In this document: positions 30,044 through 38,637 of the stretch, in pieces
Position numbering within the stretch: position 1 is the first letter of the stretch
Layout of the letters: every line of letters starts with the position of its first letter
NCBI GenBank assembly: GCA_902537725.1
Contig: CACBCD010000003.1
Coordinates: 24,441-88,440, forward strand
Length of the DNA stretch: 64,000 nucleotides
Direction: 5' to 3'
Source: an uncultured PS1 clade bacterium
GTDB taxonomy: Bacteria > Pseudomonadota > Alphaproteobacteria > MED-G09
Notes under the pieces: model-generated
Seen by the model: only the letters and a program-made list of their open reading frames with translations
The model's database searches: none
Told to the model about the DNA's origin: nothing
Translations under genes and position numbers: made by a program

Positions 30044-32003
30044 CTTCATCAGTTGCCAGACTATCACCCTCTTTACAGTGAATTTTCTTAATAGTTCCAG
30101 ATGCTTCAGATCTAATAATATTTTCCATTTTCATGGCTTCTACGACACATAATTTATCACCATCCTCAACTGACTGACCTTCCTCTATATCAACTGATAC
30201 CACTAGACCTGGCATGGGGCATTTAATAACCTTTGTATCCTTTGTAACAACTTTCTCTATCATGTAAGAAGATAATTCATGGGCAATTTTAGATCTAATT
30301 TTAACAACAGTTGATATTCCGTATCCTTGAATATGAAAACCTTTTACATTTTTTGTAACTTGAAAAGTAAAACTATTCTCATCTATCTTGATTTTCATGA
30401 TTTTATTGCCGATATTCCAATCAGACTCTAAATTAATTATGGTTCCATCATATTCAATTACGCTATTTTTTTGAGAATTATAGGTTTTAAATTCAAATAT
30501 ATTTTCATTTACATGGGTAAATAAGGTTCTTTCATTAAATTTAGAATTATTTATTAAATCCAAATTTTTGTTTCTGTTTTTAATTTTTAAAAAAGCAAAA
30601 ATGCATGCTAATGAAAAATTAAAAGCCTCATCTTTACTAATAATTTTAGAATTAAATCCGTTTGGATATTCTTCTTCGATAAAACCGGTATTAATATCTC
30701 CCGAAATAAATTTTTCATTTTTAATAATTGAAGACAATAAATTTAAGTTATTCTGAATACCTGTAATTTCATAATTATTTAATGCATCTTGCATTAAATC
30801 ACAGGCCTTTTTTCTATCTTTCCCATAAGAACAAAGCTTAGAAATCATAGGATCATAAAACATTGAAATTTCTCCACCCTCGTATACACCTGTGTCATTT
30901 CTAATATTTTCTATAGATATTGGAGGTTGATAGGTAACCAGTCTACCAGTTGATGGCATAAAATTTCTTTCAGGGTCTTCCGCATAAATCCTTGATTCAA
31001 TAGCCCAACCATTAAACTTTACATCTTCTTGAGAAATATTTAATTTTTCACCTGCTGCTATTTTTATCATTTCTTCGACTAAATCAAAACCAGTAACTAA
31101 TTCTGTCACCGGATGTTCAACTTGAAGCCTAGTATTCATTTCCAAAAAATAGAAATTTTTATCTTGATCAACTATAAATTCAACTGTACCAGCACTTTGA
31201 TAACCAACTTTTTTAGCAAGTTGAACAGCTTGAGCACCCATTGCTTCTCTCAACTCGCCATCAACAAATGGACTAGGAGACTCTTCAATAATTTTTTGAT
31301 TTCTTCTTTGAATAGAGCACTCTCTTTCTCCTAGGTGTATAACATTTCCGTAATTATCAGCAAGAATTTGAATTTCAATATGTCTTGGCTTAACAATAAA
31401 TTTTTCTATAAAAACCCTATCATCACCAAAACTTGATTTAGCTTCATTTATTGAAGAAGTATAAGCATCAGGAATATCATCTTCATTATAAGCAATCCTC
31501 ATACCTTTACCGCCACCTCCAGCAGATGCTTTTATCATTACTGGAAAACCAACATTTTTGGCAATTTCAATAGCTTCCTCTGAAGTTTTGATGATATCTT
31601 GATATCCTGGAACAGTATTTACCCCAGCATCAATAGCAAAAATTTTAGATTCTATTTTATCACCCATCACCCTTATTGGCTCTGCTGAGGGACCAATAAA
31701 AGTAATATCTTCCTTTTCAAGTCTACTCATAAAAAGATGATTTTCAGATAAAAATCCATAACCTGGATGCACTGCATCTGCATTCGTTTGCTTGCAAGCT
31801 GAGATAATTTTATCAATCGATAAATATGATTCCGTTGAAGGAGGAGGACCAATATTAATAGCCTCATCAGCAAGTTTAACATGCAGTGCTCTCGCATCTG
31901 CATCTGAATAAACAGCTACTGTAGGAATAGATAGTTTTTTGCATGTAGAAATTATTCTACAGGCAATTTCACCTCTATTTGCAATCAAAATTTTCTTAAA
32001 CAT
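30024..32003 (-). CDS. pccA: Propionyl-CoA carboxylase alpha subunit (biotin carboxylase + BCCP)
   Basis: ANRGEIA, HPGYGFLSEN, ERECSIQRRNQK, EMNTRLQVEHP and biotinylation EAMKM motifs; adjacent to pccB. Confidence 0.92.
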   Translation of the reverse strand: MFKKILIANRGEIACRIISTCKKLSIPTVAVYSDADARALHVKLADEAINIGPPPSTESYLSIDKIISACKQTNADAVHPGYGFLSENHLFMSRLEKEDITFIGPSAEPIRVMGDKIESKIFAIDAGVNTVPGYQDIIKTSEEAIEIAKNVGFPVMIKASAGGGGKGMRIAYNEDDIPDAYTSSINEAKSSFGDDRVFIEKFIVKPRHIEIQILADNYGNVIHLGERECSIQRRNQKIIEESPSPFVDGELREAMGAQAVQLAKKVGYQSAGTVEFIVDQDKNFYFLEMNTRLQVEHPVTELVTGFDLVEEMIKIAAGEKLNISQEDVKFNGWAIESRIYAEDPERNFMPSTGRLVTYQPPISIENIRNDTGVYEGGEISMFYDPMISKLCSYGKDRKKACDLMQDALNNYEITGIQNNLNLLSSIIKNEKFISGDINTGFIEEEYPNGFNSKIISKDEAFNFSLACIFAFLKIKNRNKNLDLINNSKFNERTLFTHVNENIFEFKTYNSQKNSVIEYDGTIINLESDWNIGNKIMKIKIDENSFTFQVTKNVKGFHIQGYGISTVVKIRSKIAHELSSYMIEKVVTKDTKVIKCPMPGLVVSVDIEEGQSVEDGDKLCVVEAMKMENIIRSEASGTIKKIHCKEGDSLATDEVMIEFE

Positions 32004-32010
32004 TCAATTC

Positions 32011-33543
32011 TCACAATGGTAGGTTATCGTGTTTCTTCCAAGGATTTGATAATTTCTTATTTCTAAGCATTTTTAATGCTTTAATAATTCTGTTTCTAGA
32101 GTTATGAGGCATTATAACATCATCAACATAGCCTCTTTCAGCTGCAACAAAAGGATTCAAAAATCGATCTTCATATGCTTCAGTATATTCTGCAATCTTT
32201 TTACTATCTTCTAAATCATTTCTATAAATTATTTCAACAGCACCTTTAGCACCCATAACTGCAATCTCTGCACTTGGCCAAGCATAGTTAATATCACCTC
32301 TCAAATGTTTTGGGGCCATAACGCAATATGCTCCTCCATAAGCTTTTCTTGTAATAATTGTTACTTTAGGAACTGTTGCTTCTGCATATGCATAAAGAAG
32401 TTTTGCACCATTTTTTATTAAACCACCATACTCCTGAGATGTTCCAGGTAAGAATCCAGGAACATCAACAAAAGTAACTAAAGGAATTGAGAAAGCATCA
32501 CAAAATCTAACAAATCTTGCTGCTTTTCTACTTGCATCAGAATCAAGAACCCCTGCTAAATGAAGTGGCTGATTACCTATAATACCAGCTGTAAAACCAT
32601 TAAATCTTCCAAAACCTGTAACAATATTTTGTGCAAATTTTTCTTGAATTTCAAAAAAATCACCCTCATCAATTACTTTTAAAACTAGCTCTTTAATATC
32701 ATAGGGAGTATTTGAATTATCAGGCACAAGAGTATCTAGACTATCCTCCACTCTATCAATTGGATCTTCTGTTTTTTTAATTGGTGCATCATTAATATTG
32801 CTTGACGGCAGAAAATCAATTAAATCTCTAATTTGCTCCATTGCCTCCAAATCGTTTTCATAGGCTCCATCTGCCACCGAAGAAACTGTTGTATGAATTT
32901 CAGACCCACCAAGCTGTTCAGAGGTTACTTCTTCATTAGTAACTGTTTTAACTACATCAGGTCCTGTAACAAACATATAAGAAGTATCTTTTACCATAAA
33001 AATAAAATCAGTTAGTGCAGGTGAATAAACATCACCGCCTGCACATGGACCCATAATTATTGAAATCTGTGGTATTACCCCAGAGGCTAAAACATTTCTC
33101 TGAAATACCTCTGCATAACCACCTAATGAGTCTATACCTTCTTGAATCCTTGCTCCACCCGCATCTAAAACACCAATTAGTGGAGCATTATTTTTTAGAG
33201 CCATATCTTGAATTTTATTAATTTTTTTTGAATGAGCTAGTGAGAGTGAACCCCCAAAAACAGTAAAATCTTTCACATAGACAAATACAGTACGGCCATT
33301 TATTAAACCAGATCCTATAACAACACCATCACCAGGTATTTTTTGATTTTGCATGTCAAATTCATGTGAATCATGCTCAACAAACATGTCGTATTCTTCA
33401 AAAGAGTCTTCATCTAAAAGAAGCGATATTCTCTCACGCGCAGTAAGCTTTCCTTTTTTATGTTGAGAGTCAATTCTCTTTTGACCACCACCAAGTTTTG
33501 CGTTTAACCTTCTAGCTTCTAATTCTTTAATAATATCTTCCAT
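32011..33543 (-). CDS. pccB: Propionyl-CoA carboxylase beta subunit (carboxyltransferase)
   Basis: [31 protein letters not shown] and [10 protein letters not shown] motifs; GAGGGG RBS before the ATG at 33543. Confidence 0.94.
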   Translation of the reverse strand: MEDIIKELEARRLNAKLGGGQKRIDSQHKKGKLTARERISLLLDEDSFEEYDMFVEHDSHEFDMQNQKIPGDGVVIGSGLINGRTVFVYVKDFTVFGGSLSLAHSKKINKIQDMALKNNAPLIGVLDAGGARIQEGIDSLGGYAEVFQRNVLASGVIPQISIIMGPCAGGDVYSPALTDFIFMVKDTSYMFVTGPDVVKTVTNEEVTSEQLGGSEIHTTVSSVADGAYENDLEAMEQIRDLIDFLPSSNINDAPIKKTEDPIDRVEDSLDTLVPDNSNTPYDIKELVLKVIDEGDFFEIQEKFAQNIVTGFGRFNGFTAGIIGNQPLHLAGVLDSDASRKAARFVRFCDAFSIPLVTFVDVPGFLPGTSQEYGGLIKNGAKLLYAYAEATVPKVTIITRKAYGGAYCVMAPKHLRGDINYAWPSAEIAVMGAKGAVEIIYRNDLEDSKKIAEYTEAYEDRFLNPFVAAERGYVDDVIMPHNSRNRIIKALKMLRNKKLSNPWKKHDNLPL

Positions 33544-33551
33544 TAGACCCC

Positions 33552-34487
33552 TCAATCACCGATAAAAAAATCATTATCCGGCTTTAATGGCAAATTATAT
33601 TTAACCCAGGTTTCCATCATATGATCAGGAAGTGGAGCTTCAAAATGTAATATGTCGCCATTTAAGCCTTTAAAGTCAACACTATGACTATGAAGATGTA
33701 ATTTATTAAATTTTATAATTTTATTATTTTTATTTCCATACTTTTTATCTCCAACTATGGGAAAATTTGACATTGATGCATGTTTTCTTATTTGGTGAGT
33801 CCTACCAGTAATCGGTCTAAATGCTATCCAGGAAATATTATCATTAATTTTCAATACTTTATTATATTTAGTTAATGATTTTTGTCTTTGCTTCTTTTCA
33901 TCGTCAGTAATATTTATATTAATTTCTCCAGTTGTTTTTTCTGGTTCTCCTTCAGTAATAGCCCAATATGTTTTTTGAACATTTTTGGTTTTAAATAAAT
34001 TAGATAAATGAGATGCCATTTTTCTATTTAGAGCTATAAGCATAACACCAGATGTCTCTTTATCTAACCTGTGAACAAGCCTAGGGGTTATTTTTTTACC
34101 TAAAAAAGCTGAGATCAAAAGATCGTCAAGATTTCTTTTTATACCTGTCCCTCCCTGAACAGCTAAATTAAAAGGTTTATTGATTACCAAAAGATCATTA
34201 TCAATGTGTAAAGTATTTTTTTTTATAAAATCTTCTGATCCATAAATTTTTTTAATTTTTCTATCATTGGAAAGAAAATTATTAATAAAAACAGATGTTT
34301 TAATTATGTCACCTTTATTTAATCTATAACTTGATCTTATCTTTTTTTCATTAACCCTAATAAAGCCTTTTCTGAGGTACTTTTCTAAATTATTATGTGA
34401 AAGACCTTCAAAATACTGACGAAACCACCTATCAATTCTCGTATTTGAAAAATCGTGATCAATTTTATGTTCAGTAAAATTTTTCAT
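33552..34487 (-). CDS. RluA family pseudouridine synthase with S4 domain (RluC-like)
   Basis: [24 protein letters not shown] and GDKKYG motifs. Confidence 0.92.
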   Translation of the reverse strand: MKNFTEHKIDHDFSNTRIDRWFRQYFEGLSHNNLEKYLRKGFIRVNEKKIRSSYRLNKGDIIKTSVFINNFLSNDRKIKKIYGSEDFIKKNTLHIDNDLLVINKPFNLAVQGGTGIKRNLDDLLISAFLGKKITPRLVHRLDKETSGVMLIALNRKMASHLSNLFKTKNVQKTYWAITEGEPEKTTGEININITDDEKKQRQKSLTKYNKVLKINDNISWIAFRPITGRTHQIRKHASMSNFPIVGDKKYGNKNNKIIKFNKLHLHSHSVDFKGLNGDILHFEAPLPDHMMETWVKYNLPLKPDNDFFIGD

Positions 34488-34852
34488 TAATAAATAAATT
34501 TAGCAGAAACAAAGCCTAAAAAAATAAACAAAATCGACAATACAACTGATAAAATTATATAAATTAAAAAATTTATATATTGGCTTGCCAAAAATAAGTT
34601 CATGGCATCAAGGGAAAATGCAGAGAATGTAGTAAAGCTTCCTAAAAAACCAACAACAAAAAACATTTTATAAAAATCGGATGAATTTGTTGAAAATATA
34701 TAAAACAGCAAACCCATAAAAAATGATCCAATAATATTTACTAGTAAAGTAGAAATATTTGTATTTAATCCAATATTATTTATAAAAACACCAACTAGGT
34801 ATCTTGAAATAGCTCCAAAAAATCCACCAAATCCAATAAAAAATAAAGACAT
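34487..34852 (-). CDS. crcB: Fluoride channel Fluc/CrcB
   Basis: GGFFGAISRY, TLLVNIIGSF and GFLGSFTTFSAF motifs. Confidence 0.95.
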   Translation of the reverse strand: MSLFFIGFGGFFGAISRYLVGVFINNIGLNTNISTLLVNIIGSFFMGLLFYIFSTNSSDFYKMFFVVGFLGSFTTFSAFSLDAMNLFLASQYINFLIYIILSVVLSILFIFLGFVSAKFIY

Positions 34853-34928
34853 AAAATTCTCTTTTTTTGTTTTAAAAAAAAATTCAAACTTTATTATATA
34901 TTAAATTTATAACGTTATTAAGATTATT

Positions 34929-35450
34929 ATGAAATCAAAATCTATAAATATAAATTGGCTTGAATATAAAGGTTCGATAAAAAGAATACCAAAAAAAAAT
35001 AATTACAAAATTCTGCATAAAAAATATATTAGTTTGGTTGAATATAAAAAAATCTATGGTGAAGTTGGTAGAAAATATAATTGGCTTGGAAGACTCAATA
35101 TAAAAGATAACGAATTAAGGAAAATTATTCATAATCCAAAAGTTGAAATTCATTTGATGCAAAAAAAACAAAAAAATATTGGTTTTTTTGAGCTAGATTA
35201 TAGAAATGATTATTTAAAAAAAAAAGAAGTTAGAATTGTTCATTTTGGTTTAATTGATGAGTATATTGCAAAAGGTTTTGGGCTTGAATTAATGAATAAT
35301 GCAATCACAAGAATATATGAACTAGGTATAGATAAAATTATTTTACAAACAAACTCTCTTGATCATGACAGAGCCCTGCCTTTCTATAAAAGATATGGAT
35401 TCAAGATATTTGCAGAAGAAACCAAAAAAATAGTTTATTCGGTGAACTAA
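34929..35450 (+). CDS. GNAT family N-acetyltransferase
   Basis: IGFFEL, HFGLIDEYIAKGFG (acetyl-CoA loop) and TNSLDHDRALPFYKRYGF motifs. Confidence 0.88.
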   Translation: MKSKSININWLEYKGSIKRIPKKNNYKILHKKYISLVEYKKIYGEVGRKYNWLGRLNIKDNELRKIIHNPKVEIHLMQKKQKNIGFFELDYRNDYLKKKEVRIVHFGLIDEYIAKGFGLELMNNAITRIYELGIDKIILQTNSLDHDRALPFYKRYGFKIFAEETKKIVYSVN

Positions 35451-36242
35451 ATGATGAAAAAAACAATAATTACATTTTTTGTAACATTTTTTTATTTAAA
35501 TAATGCTCACGGGAGTGAGAATTTGACCGTTTCAGTTGCTTCAAGTCTTTACAATGTAAGTCATGAATTAGCTAGAGAGTGGGAAAAAACAAGCAATAAA
35601 AAAGTAGTAATCATTTCCAGCTCCACATCTTTGCTGGCAAGACAAATAGAAAGAGGGCAAAAGTCAGACGTGATTATTACTGCTAATTACTCATGGCTTA
35701 AATGGATGATTGATAAAAATCTAATTGAAAAAAATTCAATTACCAAAATCGCTAAAAACTCTTTAGTTTTCATTACAGGAATTAATAAAGGTATTGATCT
35801 AAATATAAATTCATTAAATTTTAGAGATAATTTAATTGAACAAATTAGATTATCAAGATTTTCTATACCTCACCCATCTTCTGTTCCTTTAGGAATTTAT
35901 TCAAAACAGGCTATGATTTCCTTAGGTGTATGGCCGCTAATTCAGGAAAAATTAGTTTTTACTTCATCTGCTCAATCAAATTTAAAATTTATTTCACAAG
36001 GTGAAGTAAATATTGGTATATCATATTTATCTGATGCACTTCTATCGCCAAAAGTAAAAATACTCTCCAATATTGATTATAGAAAAATTAAATATGAACA
36101 ACCAACCTACTGGGCTGCAAAAATTAATAAAAATTCTAAAAATATTGGTTTAAATTTTATAAATTGGCTGGAGAGTCGCAAAGCCCAAAATATAATTAAA
36201 AACTATGGTTTTGAGTCAATTTATTCAGAGGAAAATTATTGA
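35451..36242 (+). CDS. modA: Molybdate ABC transporter substrate-binding protein
   Basis: Signal peptide; VASSL, SSTSLLARQIERG and VPLGIYSKQA ModA-like motifs; upstream of modB. Confidence 0.88.
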   Translation: MMKKTIITFFVTFFYLNNAHGSENLTVSVASSLYNVSHELAREWEKTSNKKVVIISSSTSLLARQIERGQKSDVIITANYSWLKWMIDKNLIEKNSITKIAKNSLVFITGINKGIDLNINSLNFRDNLIEQIRLSRFSIPHPSSVPLGIYSKQAMISLGVWPLIQEKLVFTSSAQSNLKFISQGEVNIGISYLSDALLSPKVKILSNIDYRKIKYEQPTYWAAKINKNSKNIGLNFINWLESRKAQNIIKNYGFESIYSEENY

Positions 36243-36928
36243 CAGATTTTGAATTAAACGCATTGCTATTAAGTATTAAAATTGGTCTAGCATCGACTAT
36301 GTTTATATTAATACCTGGAATTTTTATTGCTTGGATTTTAGCCAAGAAAAATTTTTTTGGTAAAACAATAATCGATGCATTAGTTCACTTACCATTAGTT
36401 ATACCACCTATTGGAATTGGTTATATACTTTTAGTTAGTTTTGGTAATGAGTCTTTACTAGGAAATTTCTTTTATAGAAATTTTGGTTTAAACTTTTCTT
36501 TTTCATGGATTGGAGCTGCGCTTGCATGCTCCATAATGTCATTTCCACTTCTTGTTAGACCAATTAGAGTTCTAATTGAAGCTCAGGATAATCAATTAGA
36601 ATTTGCTGCAAAAACACTTGGTTCTTCAAATATCAAAATATTCTTTACAATTACTCTTCCACTTGCATATCCAGGTATATTAGCTGGTTTTGTTTTATCT
36701 TTTGCTAGATCAATTGGTGAATTTGGAGCAACAATAGCTTTTGTAGGAAATATACCTGGAGAAACACAGACTTTACCATTAGCACTTTGGTTGTTAATCG
36801 AAACCTCGGATAACAATACAGAAATTATAAGGTTAGGAATTATATCAATTTCATTGGCTTTATCAGCTTTATTAATAGCCACATCAATTGAAAAAACTTT
36901 TTTAAAAAGACTGAGAAATAATAACTAA
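36239..36928 (+). CDS. modB: Molybdate ABC transporter permease
   Basis: HLPLVIPP, MSFPLLVRPI, FARSIGEFGAT and GNIPGETQTLPLA motifs; TTG start. Confidence 0.93.
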   Translation: MTDFELNALLLSIKIGLASTMFILIPGIFIAWILAKKNFFGKTIIDALVHLPLVIPPIGIGYILLVSFGNESLLGNFFYRNFGLNFSFSWIGAALACSIMSFPLLVRPIRVLIEAQDNQLEFAAKTLGSSNIKIFFTITLPLAYPGILAGFVLSFARSIGEFGATIAFVGNIPGETQTLPLALWLLIETSDNNTEIIRLGIISISLALSALLIATSIEKTFLKRLRNNN

Positions 36929-36998
36929 ATAAAATTAATAGTTATTTCTTTGACAATTAGCTTAGAAAAATAACTATTTAATTAGACAAGGAAAATAA

Positions 36999-38594
36999 AT
37001 GATCAAAAAATTAAAAAAACTAAAAAATTTTATTTTTATTTTATTATTAACAATTGTTTCCTCAACTAGTTTATATGCTGAAAGCAATAAAACTTTGTTT
37101 AGAGGTAATGGAGCAGAACCAGATACTCTAGACCCTCATCTAGCTTCAGGTTCTTGGGAAGGAAATGTTATTAATGACCTTTTTATTGGTCTTTATACTA
37201 AAAATGAATATGGAGAACCAGTAAATGGCTCTGCGATAAATTATAAGAAATCTACCGATGGTATTGTATATAATTTTTACCTAAGAGAAGATCATTTTTG
37301 GTCCGATGGTATAAACGTAACTGCTCATGACTATGTTGAGGGATTTAGAAGAGTCATGAATCCTAATACGGCATCTCAATATGCATCACTATTGTATTTA
37401 ATTAAAAATGCTAAAGAAGTTAATACAGGAAAATTAAGTGTAAATTCTTTAGGGGTAAGAGCAATAAATGATTATGAATTAGAGATAGTTTTAAATTATC
37501 CTGCTCCATACCTCATAGAACTCTTAACTCATTATACAACATACCCTGTTCCAAGACATATTTTGAATAAATTTGGAAAAGAGTGGATTAAGCCTAAGAA
37601 CATAGAAACTAATGGCCCTTATAAATTATTTAATTGGAGGCCTCATGATAACATTCACCTAAAAAGAAATAGTTTTTTTTATGACAACGAAAATGTTTGG
37701 TTTAATGAAGTTATTTTTTATCCAATTGATGATAATGAGGCTGCTTTAAGAAAATTTAGAGCCGGTGAGTTAGATACAAACAATGGATATCCTGAAAATA
37801 AGTCTCAATGGCTAAAAAAAAATATGCCTAAAAATATTAAACATGACAATATTAGGGTAATTTCATACTTAGTATTTAATTCTGAAAAAATACCTTTTAA
37901 TGATAAAGAAATTAGAAAAGCGGTATCTTTATCAATAGATAGAGATGTAATTGTTAATAAAATAAGAAATTTTAATGAAACAATTGCTTGGTCATTAGTT
38001 CCAAAAGGAATAGCTAATTACGAATTCTCAAATATAATTAAAGAGGAAAACTTATCGCAAGACGAAAGATATAATATAGCAAAAGATATTCTTTCAAATA
38101 AAGGTTATTCAAAAAATAATCCTCTTAAATTTACCCTTAAATATAGAAGTGGAGGCGATCAAAAAAAACATATGGTTGCTATTCAATCAATGCTTAGCAA
38201 AGCAAATATATCAGTTAATCTTGAGGCATCTGAGCCAAAAGTTTTATACAATTATCTTAGAACAGGAGATTTTCAGGTTGGAGATGCTGGCTGGATAGCT
38301 GATTTTAATGACGCTTCAAATTTTCTATTCTTATTCGAAACATCATCTAGTGGACTTAATTATGGAAAATATTCAAATAAAATTTTTGATAATCTAATGT
38401 CAAAAGCAAAAAATGAAATTGATATTTCAGAAAGAGCAAAAATTTTAAAACAAGCCGAAATATTACTCATGAATGATATGCCACTTGCCCCTATATTATT
38501 TGGAATAAGCAGGCATCTTGTTCAAGAAGACATTGAAGGATGGATTGAAAATCCATCATCATTTCATGCGTCAAGATATTTAAGAAGAAGATAG
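36999..38594 (+). CDS. Oligopeptide ABC transporter substrate-binding protein (OppA-like, SBP family 5)
   Basis: Signal peptide; GNGAEPDTLDPH, WSDG..VTAHD, TNGPY and GWIADF motifs. Confidence 0.9.
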   Translation: MIKKLKKLKNFIFILLLTIVSSTSLYAESNKTLFRGNGAEPDTLDPHLASGSWEGNVINDLFIGLYTKNEYGEPVNGSAINYKKSTDGIVYNFYLREDHFWSDGINVTAHDYVEGFRRVMNPNTASQYASLLYLIKNAKEVNTGKLSVNSLGVRAINDYELEIVLNYPAPYLIELLTHYTTYPVPRHILNKFGKEWIKPKNIETNGPYKLFNWRPHDNIHLKRNSFFYDNENVWFNEVIFYPIDDNEAALRKFRAGELDTNNGYPENKSQWLKKNMPKNIKHDNIRVISYLVFNSEKIPFNDKEIRKAVSLSIDRDVIVNKIRNFNETIAWSLVPKGIANYEFSNIIKEENLSQDERYNIAKDILSNKGYSKNNPLKFTLKYRSGGDQKKHMVAIQSMLSKANISVNLEASEPKVLYNYLRTGDFQVGDAGWIADFNDASNFLFLFETSSSGLNYGKYSNKIFDNLMSKAKNEIDISERAKILKQAEILLMNDMPLAPILFGISRHLVQEDIEGWIENPSSFHASRYLRRR

Positions 38595-38627
38595 CCTCTT
38601 TAGATAAAACTTAAACTAAAGAGGCTA
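38592..38627. terminator. Probable bidirectional intrinsic terminator between oppA-like gene and TonB receptor
   Basis: Perfect 12-bp inverted repeat TAGCCTCTTTAG-N12-CTAAAGAGGCTA between two convergent stop codons. Confidence 0.65.
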
Positions 38628-38637
38628 ACTAAAAAAA

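Noticed and set aside
34853-34928. Possible fluoride riboswitch upstream of crcB
   Set aside because: 76 nt of nearly pure A/T with no GGxGATGG...GCTxATGAC-type core.
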